Assembly: GCA_031549885.1 (NCBI GenBank)
Contig: JAVBPD010000033.1
Location: 22-64,021, forward strand
Direction of reading: 5' to 3'
Source of the DNA: Clostridiaceae bacterium
GTDB taxonomy: Bacteria > Bacillota > Clostridia > Clostridiales > Clostridiaceae
DNA length: 64,000 nt
Part shown: in pieces, positions 1-9,909 of the stretch
How the letters are laid out: every line of letters begins with the position of its first letter
Numbering within the stretch: the stretch's first letter is position 1
Program-made: the position numbers and the translations under genes
Notes under the pieces: generated by a model
The model's database searches: none
Seen by the model: only the letters and a program-made list of their open reading frames with translations
What the model was told of the DNA's origin: nothing

Positions 1-1
1 A

Positions 2-157
2 AATGCAGCGTATCATGGGACATTTGAAGATTTTCAATATTCAATTGATAATTGTATTTCTGAAACTGATAGAAAATATAAAAAAGAAATGGACAGCCTT
101 ATTACAGAAGAAGTCCAATTATTTGATAATGTCTTTGTTTCAGGTGATGCCGCTTAA
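2..157 (+). CDS. C-terminal 51 codons of an unidentified protein entering from the left edge
   Basis: Frame 2 is open from the window edge to TAA at 155-157 and reads ...AAYHGTFEDFQYSIDNCISETDRKYKKEMDSLITEEVQLFDNVFVSGDAA. This D/E/K-rich composition looks more protein-like than the overlapping 3..278 track ORF. No family recognised. Confidence 0.3.
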   Translation, partial: NAAYHGTFEDFQYSIDNCISETDRKYKKEMDSLITEEVQLFDNVFVSGDAA

Positions 158-187
158 AGAAAATTTATGCGTTACGCAGTATATTTA

Positions 188-1375
188 TCATTTTACATTT
201 AAAATTTTTCTTACTAAAGAAAATGATGGTTTGAACCAAAATGGTTCTAGCTTTTTTGATACTTCAACCATCCTTTGACTTATTTTAATACCCTGGGGGC
301 AATGTTTTTCACATTTAGAGCATTGGACGCACTTTGATGCATAGTTTTGCTTTGATGTTATAGCTCCAATATGTAGAAAATAATGGCTTATAGCTTGAAA
401 ATATCCTTCTGAGAATGTCTCATTATAACAAGAAAAGCATGTTGGTATATCTACTCCTTGTGGGCATGGCAAGCAATATCCACAGCCTGTACAAGGTACT
501 TTTATATTCTTTTTAATTACTTCTAATGCTTTAGCATAAACCCCTAAGTCTTCTTTAGATAAATTACCTACCATAGAAGAATTTGCTGTTTTTACATTCT
601 CATTAAGTTGATTTACTTCATTCATCCCAGAAAGCACTGTTGTAACTTCAGGTTGGTTCCATAGCCACCTAAAGGACCATTCTGCCAGAGATCTTTCTTT
701 ATTTGCTCTATTAAAAACTTCCTTTGCATCACTAGGCAATTTATTGGCTAATGTTCCCCCTCTTAAAGGCTCCATTATAAAAACAGGAAGCCCTTTGGAA
801 TTTGCGTAATGCAAACCATCTTTTCCAGCTTGATTATTTTCGTCCATATAATTATATTGCATCATGCAAAAATCCCAATCATAGGAATCTATAATCTTTT
901 TAAATTCTAACCTATCTCCATGGTACGAAAATCCAATGTTTATTATTTTTCCTTGTGCTTTTTTATCATTTACCCATTCATGAAACCCTATAGATTTTAA
1001 CCTATCTAGAGTTTGCGTATTTCCAAGCATATGCAATAAATAATAATCAATCCTATCTGTTTTAAGCTTCTCTAATTGTTTATTAAATAACTTATCAAAG
1101 TCAGCATTAGTTTTACAAAGAAAAATTGGCAATTTTGTAGCAATTTTAACCTTGTCCCTTGCTCCTAATTGCGCTAATGCCTTTCCTAAAGTATCCTCTG
1201 AGCCCGCATATATGTAGGCTGTATCAAAATAATTAACTCCACTATCTATTGCTGATTTTATAATTTCCAATGATTTTTCATAATCTATTTGATTGCCTCG
1301 TTTAGGCAATCTCATACATCCAAAACCTAGTTGTGATATTTTATCACCATTTTTAGGATTTACTCTATATAACAT
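188..1375 (-). CDS. Aldo/keto reductase with C-terminal 4Fe-4S ferredoxin-type domain
   Basis: N-terminus QLGFGCMRLP...VNYFDTAYIYAGSE is typical of AKRs. The C-terminus carries two Cys clusters, CTGCGYCLPCP and CVQCSKCEKHCP. Confidence 0.85.
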   Translation of the reverse strand: MLYRVNPKNGDKISQLGFGCMRLPKRGNQIDYEKSLEIIKSAIDSGVNYFDTAYIYAGSEDTLGKALAQLGARDKVKIATKLPIFLCKTNADFDKLFNKQLEKLKTDRIDYYLLHMLGNTQTLDRLKSIGFHEWVNDKKAQGKIINIGFSYHGDRLEFKKIIDSYDWDFCMMQYNYMDENNQAGKDGLHYANSKGLPVFIMEPLRGGTLANKLPSDAKEVFNRANKERSLAEWSFRWLWNQPEVTTVLSGMNEVNQLNENVKTANSSMVGNLSKEDLGVYAKALEVIKKNIKVPCTGCGYCLPCPQGVDIPTCFSCYNETFSEGYFQAISHYFLHIGAITSKQNYASKCVQCSKCEKHCPQGIKISQRMVEVSKKLEPFWFKPSFSLVRKILNVK

Positions 1376-1427
1376 AAAACACCTCTCTTTAAGATCAGTT
1401 TACTGCTATTTTAACTAATTATAAAGG

Positions 1428-3494
1428 CTAATAAGTTACTTCTATAAAATCTGAATATGATTCATTTCTTTGAGTATCTGTTAATTTAAACCCATAAAGA
1501 TAAATATCTCCTGCATTTGCTTTATAATTTTGAAGTGTTAATTCTCCTTCTACTTTAAAAGGTTCACCAACATACCATTCATGGCTTTCTTTACTTTCAT
1601 CAGGCCCCAAATATTGAGCAAAATAACAAAATGCTACTTCATCTCCAGCTTTAATTGTTGTTAATCCTTTTTGAGCCATTTTATAGTCAGAATCATTATC
1701 TAATATAGGCCTTGCTCCTAATATTTTTCCATCAGGATACTTATTGCTATAAATAGCAATTATATCCACATTTTTACCATTTAATTGAGCAGGAATGGCA
1801 TATGTTTTTTCATCATTGTCTTTTGATATTTGGTAAAGGCAGGCATATTGTCCAGAAGCTCCTGGCCAAATTCCACTAAATTTAGAAAGGCATGTACCAT
1901 TTTCATTTATGGTTACATCCTTTTGTATTCCAATCATTAAATAATAGTCTTCCATGTCAGGTATTTTTTCCCATACAGTTAAATCAATATCTGCTAAATT
2001 GTCAAGCTCCTCCTTAGACAATGTTATATAATAATCTCCATCTGAATTTTGTTCAACTGGTTTACTTCTATCGCTTAAGTTAAAAATTCTATTTCCGGTT
2101 AAACTGCTTGCAAAGCTCTTTTGAAACTTAGTATAGTTTTCACTCATTTTTAAAGATGCATAAGTATCTATAGCATATTGAGCTCTATCCTTTTCACCAT
2201 ATATATAAAATGCAGTTAACCCATGTATGTTATTAGCTAGCGTAGTATATCTATTATAAACCACAGCTTTTTCAAGCGCATATTCCATATAATTTGAAGC
2301 ACCTGGGTATAGATCTTTAAGCTTTAAAGCCATATCTCCTAAGTCCACCATGTCATAGTAATTATCTCTAGGGCTTCCACTTCCAAAAGTTTTGGTACCA
2401 GCTCTTATTCTTGAAAATGTGCTAAATTTTATTGATCCACTATTTAAATCTTCTTCACATTGGCTCATCATGGTGTCCATAGCTCCAAGCACATAACCAA
2501 CTTGAGTAAGATCTATAACTGAAAGAGTTACATCAGCATCGTAATATTCATAAAAATCCATAGTTTTATCTACAATAGCCCTGCCAATTGCATCTCCTCT
2601 AGTATTTGGATTATTGTTAAATTGAGTTAAAAATTTATAGTCCCAACCATAACCTGGTTCTAAGTCCTCAGATCCAATTAAATAATTTGCATAATCACTT
2701 GCAACTGTGGACATTTCAACTGAAGCCATTAAACAAGCGTCAAATCCAATAAATTCTAATCTAGTATCCTTTAAATGTGATGATTCGAAAGCTTTATTCA
2801 TTTCAAGTAAAGTAAGCCCATCTCCCCTAAAATTCTCATCATATCCAAAGCCATAAATAGACCCACCGCCATGATCCCACATTATAAGGCCATATTTATC
2901 CGCAGGATAATTTTCCATAGAAAAATCTATGAAACTAGATAATGTTCCTGCATCGCCCATATTTCTTTGACCAATAGTAGATAAAAGATAAAGCTTATTA
3001 TCCTTTACTTGAAGCAATGAGCATTCAGCAGAAGGTATGCCAAAGTCTTGCCACTCCTTAGCTCCTCCTACAAGTATGATTATATTCACATTGTCAGTAT
3101 CAACATTTGCACTTAACATCTCGTTTAAATCCGAAGAAGCAGCTCCATCCTCGCTTTCAAGGTTTGATCCATTCATATAAATCATAATTGTATAAGGCCT
3201 TTTTTCTTGCTTTTCTATATTTTCAGATGGATTTTTTATATCCCAAGTAGTAAATTTCACAGCGCTATAATCTAATGTGCTTGTATTTCTTACATATCTA
3301 TTTACGTCACTAAAATTCATATCATCTGTATCATCCACATTATCTTCTACAAAACTCTCATCAGCAATATCTGTAGTATTTGTCGTAGATGAATCATTTG
3401 CTATTTCATCAACTTCATCATCATAAAAAAATATCATAAACCCAATAAAAATTATTGCTAAAAAAATTATAAACCAAAGCTTATTTTTTTTCAT
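1428..3494 (-). CDS. Membrane-anchored clostripain-like cysteine peptidase (family C11) with long C-terminal extension
   Basis: N-terminal TM (LWFIIFLAIIFIGFMIFFY) and an acidic linker. Catalytic-dyad-like motifs MWDHGGG and GFDACLMA lie about 46 residues apart, as in C11 enzymes. Confidence 0.75.
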   Translation of the reverse strand: MKKNKLWFIIFLAIIFIGFMIFFYDDEVDEIANDSSTTNTTDIADESFVEDNVDDTDDMNFSDVNRYVRNTSTLDYSAVKFTTWDIKNPSENIEKQEKRPYTIMIYMNGSNLESEDGAASSDLNEMLSANVDTDNVNIIILVGGAKEWQDFGIPSAECSLLQVKDNKLYLLSTIGQRNMGDAGTLSSFIDFSMENYPADKYGLIMWDHGGGSIYGFGYDENFRGDGLTLLEMNKAFESSHLKDTRLEFIGFDACLMASVEMSTVASDYANYLIGSEDLEPGYGWDYKFLTQFNNNPNTRGDAIGRAIVDKTMDFYEYYDADVTLSVIDLTQVGYVLGAMDTMMSQCEEDLNSGSIKFSTFSRIRAGTKTFGSGSPRDNYYDMVDLGDMALKLKDLYPGASNYMEYALEKAVVYNRYTTLANNIHGLTAFYIYGEKDRAQYAIDTYASLKMSENYTKFQKSFASSLTGNRIFNLSDRSKPVEQNSDGDYYITLSKEELDNLADIDLTVWEKIPDMEDYYLMIGIQKDVTINENGTCLSKFSGIWPGASGQYACLYQISKDNDEKTYAIPAQLNGKNVDIIAIYSNKYPDGKILGARPILDNDSDYKMAQKGLTTIKAGDEVAFCYFAQYLGPDESKESHEWYVGEPFKVEGELTLQNYKANAGDIYLYGFKLTDTQRNESYSDFIEVTY

Positions 3495-3570
3495 AGAATC
3501 ATCTCCTAATTATAAATACTACTATAATTATAAACTTTTTTAATTAAAATTCTATATATTAATCATATAC

Positions 3571-3589
3571 TTTATTTTATATAAAATAA
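3571..3589. repeat. Copy 1 of exact 19-nt element TTTATTTTATATAAAATAA (core 14-bp perfect palindrome ATTTTATATAAAAT)
   Basis: Read directly. Lies about 80-95 bp upstream of the C11 peptidase start codon. Confidence 0.6.
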
Positions 3590-3964
3590 AAAAGACTCAT
3601 AATTAATAAATCTTTATGTGTCTAATACTTTATGAATATATTATTAATAGAAGAAACCTTAAAGCAAAGTTTAACTCTTAGCTATTTATATAAATCAATA
3701 ATTAAAAGCATTTTTAAAAATAATTAAGCTTTTAAATATTGATATATATATTTTATAACTGTTATTACAATAAGCTTTAAGGTTTCAAGGTATAAGTTAT
3801 CAGTAAAATCATAGAGTAAATAATGTTTCTAATTCGCCATATTTGTCATTTTTTCTCTAAAACAACAACTAATCATTTAGATTAAATTATAAATTAGAAA
3901 ACAAAATTTAAATTAACTAATTAAAACGCCAAGAATTCAAACATATACAAAACACATCTCCCCA

Positions 3965-3983
3965 TTTATTTTATATAAAATAA
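3965..3983. repeat. Copy 2 of exact 19-nt element TTTATTTTATATAAAATAA
   Basis: Identical 19-mer 394 bp from copy 1, inside the same ORF-free spacer. Confidence 0.6.
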
Positions 3984-4228
3984 TTCACAAATTTTAATTA
4001 ATTAAAAATCACCTCATACAATTTACTAAAAAAGAATAAAAATGTTTATAAGCATTTTTTCTAATTAAATATAAATATAGAATATCTGCAATATAAGTAA
4101 AATTAATCTACTTCAGCAATATATTATCATAAAAAAAAATATATTACGTCAATATTTCTTAAAGTTATTTATTTTATCCTTAATCAAAAAATATGCAGAA
4201 ATTACTAATTTTTTAACAATCTTTTAAA

Positions 4229-6970
4229 TTATCTTTTTAAAAAAGAAAGCTTATTATTTTTTGATTTTCTATTATAAATATAAATTCCTGTGCAAATTGT
4301 TAAAGATGCTATTGAAATAAAAGCACCTATTTTAAACCCTGGACTTACATAGCTTAATTCAATATGATGATTTCCAGGATCGAGCACAAGTCCTGAAAAT
4401 GTGCGATTCACCTTTATTATCTCTTGTTTTTTACCATCTACCTTTGCTGTCCATCCATTGTCAAATGGAATGCTTAAAGCTAAAATTCCTCTTTCATTAT
4501 TATTTATATCTCCTCTTACATTTCCACCATTTATATATAAATTTTCTAAATTATATTTATTTCTATTTTTAACATTTTGTTCATAATTATCATAAGAATT
4601 AAAATAAGCTTCAAATCTATTTACTCTATATGTTCCTTCATTTATTGTTATATTTAAGCTCTCAGTTGCACCATTAAATTTAAATGTAAAATCATTAAGC
4701 GGATAATTCCAAGTCCAATCATCACTTGCTTTATTCCCTATCTTTCCATTTACACGAAAATCTATGTTCTTGCCAGTACTTGATACTACATTAGCTGAAA
4801 AAATAAGCTCACCATTAGTATCTTTATAATCATTTTTTAAAGGAATTATCATGGAGGCATCCTTTTTAGCTGTTATATAACCATTTTTAAATTCAGCATT
4901 TGTATATTTTGCACCAGACCAATCAATCTCTACTTTCTTTGTAATTTCATTTTTACCTGTATATGAAATGCCCTGTATTTCCCTATCAACTACTGCACTT
5001 TGAAGCAGCATTGCATCTCTTTGTGCATAATTTTCACTTTCAAATGTTTCATTGCTTGTTATAGTATCATACCACATATCAAGCCCTACAATATTTTGAT
5101 TTTCATATATATCATAGTTATCACTGGTTTTAATAAGCTTATATCCATAAGAATCAAGCTTTTGACCTTTTGAACAAACCTTGTATTTAAGTCCAAGAGC
5201 AGTTTCTACAAATAATCTATCGTCTAAATTTAAATATAAGCTTGTAATAACTATTTTTTGCAATATATTGAAATCCCTCTTCATCCATTTATGAAGGTTT
5301 CCATTTATTAAGCTATTAAAAGCACTAACACCATAATATCCATAATTTAAAGGTGAATTTTGAGATGTTAAATCTACAAATATATCTCTATAAAAATCAT
5401 TAGGAGAAGGGGTTAAATCTTTAAAAATTGCCATTTCTTCATAATTTTCTACTCCAAGCTTTTGAAATGCTGAATTTTGTATCCTAATCCCCTTTGATGA
5501 ATTTAAATAATTAGTACCATAAACTAATAAATTTGATGCAACACATATGAGCAAAATAAGTCTAAGTATTAAATACTGATACTTTTTTGAAAAATATATA
5601 CTTGCAGCTACAGATAAAACTGATATTGTGCTTAAGACTATAAATGTTTTATCCATGTTATTTATAGCACCTGCACCTCTATATGATTTTGAAGCATACA
5701 TTGCAGTTAAAAATGCACCGCCAAATATAGCAAACCTAAACCCTGTAAATTTAAATTTCTCATCTTCTTCAAGCCAATTAGGGATTGCATATGTAATAGC
5801 AAATATGAATATGTACATCCACCTATCTGTAACATAAGATAAACCATTAAAAAAACTATGAACACGTGGAAACATGTATAATAAAAGAAATAACACTGCA
5901 AATAAAGTCTTTCTTCTGGTTTCTTTTGATACCTTTGTTATTGGTAAAAATATTGCCATGGTAATTATAAATGGAAAAGCTAAAATATCTCTGTTGTTAA
6001 ACAGCCTTTCTGGTAAAAGCTTATAAAAGTCTGGACTAAAAAACATTTTAATATTTAAAACTTGTGAAAATCTATCTGAGTTAAAAAACGCATAAAGCGC
6101 TGGAATTAAAAATATACTTGCAATGCATACAGCTAAAATGGCATATAAAATATATTTATAACAACTTTGAAATATACAAACTATTCTTTCTTTAATATTT
6201 TTACCCTTAGCTTCTATTACAAAAAATATCATATATAAAAAATAAAGACAAAAGCTCATAAATCCAAAGTAAAAACTATTAGAAATAGTAAGAGCAGCTC
6301 CAAGCACTAGCAAAAATGGCTTTTTTGTTCTTTTATACACATTAAAACCCAAAATAGTAAGTGGAACCCAAGGATATGGATCGGTAAAATAATCAAATGC
6401 TACACAGTATCTTGCAAACATAAGACTTGTCCCATATGCCACAGCACCAATTAAAGAATTTATGGTTTTTCTACCTTCATATTTTAACAAAGCAAACATA
6501 AAAAACATGCTTAAAAACTGCTTTAGTACGCTTAAGATCATCTTTGCAAATAGTGCTTCATGAAAATCCCAATGACGCCCTGTAATTATTCTAGGAATAA
6601 GCATTAAATAAAAATATGGGCTCGTTGTATAGTAATAACTAAATTCTCCAAATATATTTCCACCTAATCCATAGTTAAATGACCAAAAAGGTTGGCCTTT
6701 AACAAAGGCATCCTGCAAAAATGGAAAAAACTGCATAAATTGAGAAAAACTATCTGTGCTATCAAGCACAAAAACTGATTTTTCAATTATAAATATCCTA
6801 TGAAAAATTATAGTCACAGTTAGCATTACACAAATACTAAAAATCCAAGCATACAACTTTCTATGTTTCTTTGGCAAAAAACCAAATATATTTATTTTAT
6901 TTCTTTTTTTATGTTCATCTAAATTTAGTCCCTTATCTTCATGACTTTTACTAATAATCTCATAATCCAT
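4229..6970 (-). CDS. yfhO: YfhO-family polytopic membrane glycosyltransferase, paralog 1 (distal)
   Basis: More than 10 predicted TMs plus a large C-terminal extracytoplasmic domain and a final TM. YfhO-like motif GGNIFGEFSYYYTTSPYFYLM. Sits downstream of a csbB-like GT2, as in the B. subtilis csbB-yfhO operon. ATG at 6970; an in-frame TTG at 6982 is an alternative start. Confidence 0.8.
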   Translation of the reverse strand: MDYEIISKSHEDKGLNLDEHKKRNKINIFGFLPKKHRKLYAWIFSICVMLTVTIIFHRIFIIEKSVFVLDSTDSFSQFMQFFPFLQDAFVKGQPFWSFNYGLGGNIFGEFSYYYTTSPYFYLMLIPRIITGRHWDFHEALFAKMILSVLKQFLSMFFMFALLKYEGRKTINSLIGAVAYGTSLMFARYCVAFDYFTDPYPWVPLTILGFNVYKRTKKPFLLVLGAALTISNSFYFGFMSFCLYFLYMIFFVIEAKGKNIKERIVCIFQSCYKYILYAILAVCIASIFLIPALYAFFNSDRFSQVLNIKMFFSPDFYKLLPERLFNNRDILAFPFIITMAIFLPITKVSKETRRKTLFAVLFLLLYMFPRVHSFFNGLSYVTDRWMYIFIFAITYAIPNWLEEDEKFKFTGFRFAIFGGAFLTAMYASKSYRGAGAINNMDKTFIVLSTISVLSVAASIYFSKKYQYLILRLILLICVASNLLVYGTNYLNSSKGIRIQNSAFQKLGVENYEEMAIFKDLTPSPNDFYRDIFVDLTSQNSPLNYGYYGVSAFNSLINGNLHKWMKRDFNILQKIVITSLYLNLDDRLFVETALGLKYKVCSKGQKLDSYGYKLIKTSDNYDIYENQNIVGLDMWYDTITSNETFESENYAQRDAMLLQSAVVDREIQGISYTGKNEITKKVEIDWSGAKYTNAEFKNGYITAKKDASMIIPLKNDYKDTNGELIFSANVVSSTGKNIDFRVNGKIGNKASDDWTWNYPLNDFTFKFNGATESLNITINEGTYRVNRFEAYFNSYDNYEQNVKNRNKYNLENLYINGGNVRGDINNNERGILALSIPFDNGWTAKVDGKKQEIIKVNRTFSGLVLDPGNHHIELSYVSPGFKIGAFISIASLTICTGIYIYNRKSKNNKLSFLKR

Positions 6971-7113
6971 TATTATCACCAAATTTCCTTAATTTTTTAT
7001 TATTTTACAAAAAATACAAAAAATACAACGCTAATCTATAAGATATAAAAAAATAGTAATTTTTATATAAGATTTATATGAAAATTACTAATTTTTTTAT
7101 ATCTAAATATATT

Positions 7114-9891
7114 CTATTTAGACTTAATCTTAAGTTTAGATACAGGACTTTTAGGTTTAATTTTTTTATTATAAAAATAAACTCCAGTACAACCAGCTAA
7201 AGATAATATTGTAATAAATGCTCCTAATTTAAATCCAGGGCTTACATAGCTAAGTTCAATATGATGATTTCCAGGATCAAGTACAAGTCCTGAAAACGCA
7301 CGATTTACCCTTATTATTTCTTGCCTTTTACCATCTACCTTTGCTGTCCATCCTTTATCAAGTGGAATGCTTAAAGCTAAAATTCCCTTTTCATTATTAT
7401 TTATATCTCCTCTTACATTTCCACCATTTACATATAAATTTTCTAAATTGTATTTATTTCTATTTTTTACGTTTTGTTCATAATTATCATAAGAATTAAA
7501 ATAAGTTTCAAATCTATTTACTTTATATGTTCCTTCATTTATTGTTATATTTAAGCTCTCAGTTGCGCCATTAAATTTAAATGTAAAATCATTAATTGGA
7601 TATGTCCAAGTCCAATCTTCACTTGCTTTATTTCCAAGCTTATCATTTATACGTAAGTCTACATTTTGCCCATTGTTTGGCACAATATTGACAGAGCAAA
7701 TCATTTCTCCATTATCATCTTTATAGTCATTTTTAAGCGGAACTATTATTGAAGCATCTTTTTGGGCTGTTATATAATCATCCTTATATTCAATATTTGT
7801 ATATTGCGCACGAGACCAATCAATCTCTACTTTCTTTGTAATTTTACTTTCGCCTGCATATGGAATATCTTGTATTTCTCTATCAACTACTGCGCTTTGA
7901 AGTAGCATTGCATCTCTTTGTGCATAATTTTCATTTTCAAATGTTTCATCGCTTGTTATGGTATCATACCACATATCAAGGCCTACAATATTTTGATTTT
8001 CATATACATCATAGTTATCGCTGGTTCTAATGAGTTTATACCCGTAAGAATCAAAATATTCATCCTTTAAGCAAACCTTATATTTAAGTCCAAGTGCAGT
8101 TTCTACAAATAATCTATCATCTAAATTTAAATATAAACTTGTAATAACTATTTTTTGCAATATATTAAAATCTCTCTTCATCCATTTGTGAAGATCTCCA
8201 TTTATCAAACTGTTAAATGTGCTAACACCATAATACCCATAGTTTAAAGGTGCATTTTGAGATGTTAAATCTACAAATATATCCCTATAAAAATCATTAG
8301 TAGAAGGGGTTAAATCTTTAAAAATTGCCATTTCTTCATAGTTTTCTATTCCAAGCTGTTGAAATGCTTGGTCTTGAATTCTAATTCCCTCAACAGTCTC
8401 AAAATAATTTGTGCTATAAACTATCATATTTGAAGCAACGCATATAAACAAAATAAGCCTAAGCATTAAATATTGATATTTTTTTGAAAAATAGATACTT
8501 GTAGCTACAGCCAAAATTGATATTATGCTTAAGACTACAAATATTTTATCTAAGTCATTTGTTCCTCCTGCACCTCTATATGATTTTGAAGCATACATTG
8601 CAATTAAAAGTGCACCGCCACACACAGCAAACCTAAACCCTGTAAATTTAAATTTTTCATCTTCTTCAAGCCAATTAGGAATTGCATATGCAACAGTAAA
8701 TATGAATAAATAAATCCATCTATCATATGTATGAGATAAACCGCTGAAAAAGCTGTAAGCATAAGGAAATAGATAAAATAAAAAGAATAACGCTGCAAGT
8801 AATGTCTTTCTCCTAGTTTCTTTTGATACCTTTGTTATTGGCAAAAATATTACCATTGTAATTATAAATGGGAAAGCTAAAATATCTCTATTATTGAATA
8901 AACGTTCAGGAAGCTGTTTATAAAAATCAGAACCCCAAAACATATTTATATTAAGTATTTGCGAAAATCTATCTGAATTAAACAAAGCATAAAGAGATGG
9001 AAGCAAAAATACACTTGCAATGCATATAGCTAAAATAGCATATAAAAAATATTTATAACAACTTTGAAATATGCAAATTATTCTTTCTTTAAGATTTTTA
9101 CCCCTAGCTTCTATTACAAAAAATATCATATATAAAAAATAAAGGCAAAAGCTCATAAACCCAAAGTAAAAACTGTTTCCAACAGTAAGGGCAGCTCCAA
9201 GCACTAGTAAAAACGGTTTTTTTGTTCTTTTATACACATTAAAACCCAAAATGGTAAGTGGAACCCAAGGATAAGGGTCCGTAAATATATCAAAAGCCAC
9301 GGCATACCTTGCAAACATAAGGCTTGCACCATACACAACCGCACCAACTAAAGCATTTATGGTTTTTCTTCCCTCATATTTTAAAAGAGAAAAGGTAAAA
9401 AACATGCATAAGAATTGTTTAAGTAAGCTTATAACCATCTTTGCAAATAGTGCCTCATGAAAATCCCAATGATGCCCTGTAATTATTCTAGGAATAAGCA
9501 TTAAATAAAAATATGGACTTGTAGTATAGTAATAACTAAATTCTCCAAATATATTTCCACCTAATCCATAGTTAAATGACCAAAAAGGTTGACCTTTAGC
9601 AAAGGCATCTTGCAAAAATGGGAAAAATTGCATAAATTGCGAGTAACTATCTGTATCTTCAAGCACAAAAACTGCTTTATCTATAATAAATATCCTGTGG
9701 CATATTATTGTCACAGTTAGCATAACAATAACACTTGAAACCCATATATAAAACTTTCTATGTTTATTTAAAATTAAGTCAAATATCTTAAAACTCTTTT
9801 TTTCGTCTATTTGACCCTCTTCATTTGTTTCTTCAATACTAAAAGGTATTCCTTTACCTTCTTGCTTTTCACTGCTGATATTATAATTCAT
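7114..9891 (-). CDS. yfhO: YfhO-family polytopic membrane glycosyltransferase, paralog 2 (proximal to GT2)
   Basis: Same architecture as paralog 1, with a 12-residue longer N-terminal cytoplasmic tail. Starts 19 nt after the GT2 stop codon (ATG 9891; alternative TTG 9903). Confidence 0.8.
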   Translation of the reverse strand: MNYNISSEKQEGKGIPFSIEETNEEGQIDEKKSFKIFDLILNKHRKFYIWVSSVIVMLTVTIICHRIFIIDKAVFVLEDTDSYSQFMQFFPFLQDAFAKGQPFWSFNYGLGGNIFGEFSYYYTTSPYFYLMLIPRIITGHHWDFHEALFAKMVISLLKQFLCMFFTFSLLKYEGRKTINALVGAVVYGASLMFARYAVAFDIFTDPYPWVPLTILGFNVYKRTKKPFLLVLGAALTVGNSFYFGFMSFCLYFLYMIFFVIEARGKNLKERIICIFQSCYKYFLYAILAICIASVFLLPSLYALFNSDRFSQILNINMFWGSDFYKQLPERLFNNRDILAFPFIITMVIFLPITKVSKETRRKTLLAALFFLFYLFPYAYSFFSGLSHTYDRWIYLFIFTVAYAIPNWLEEDEKFKFTGFRFAVCGGALLIAMYASKSYRGAGGTNDLDKIFVVLSIISILAVATSIYFSKKYQYLMLRLILFICVASNMIVYSTNYFETVEGIRIQDQAFQQLGIENYEEMAIFKDLTPSTNDFYRDIFVDLTSQNAPLNYGYYGVSTFNSLINGDLHKWMKRDFNILQKIVITSLYLNLDDRLFVETALGLKYKVCLKDEYFDSYGYKLIRTSDNYDVYENQNIVGLDMWYDTITSDETFENENYAQRDAMLLQSAVVDREIQDIPYAGESKITKKVEIDWSRAQYTNIEYKDDYITAQKDASIIVPLKNDYKDDNGEMICSVNIVPNNGQNVDLRINDKLGNKASEDWTWTYPINDFTFKFNGATESLNITINEGTYKVNRFETYFNSYDNYEQNVKNRNKYNLENLYVNGGNVRGDINNNEKGILALSIPLDKGWTAKVDGKRQEIIRVNRAFSGLVLDPGNHHIELSYVSPGFKLGAFITILSLAGCTGVYFYNKKIKPKSPVSKLKIKSK

Positions 9892-9909
9892 TATTGTCAC
9901 CAAATAGCC

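Noticed and set aside
3-278. 91-aa track ORF at the left edge
   Set aside because: Its 3' third is antisense to the well-supported aldo/keto reductase gene. Its composition is typical of AT-rich noise (I/L/K/F/N). A different frame (2..157) gives a more protein-like C-terminus.
3653-3786. 13-nt perfect inverted repeat (GAAACCTTAAAGC / GCTTTAAGGTTTC) as a structured RNA element
   Set aside because: It cannot be extended beyond 13 bp, has a 108-nt AT-rich spacer, and the chance expectation in a 730-bp AT-rich region is not negligible. It is mentioned under the spacer finding but not called as a feature.
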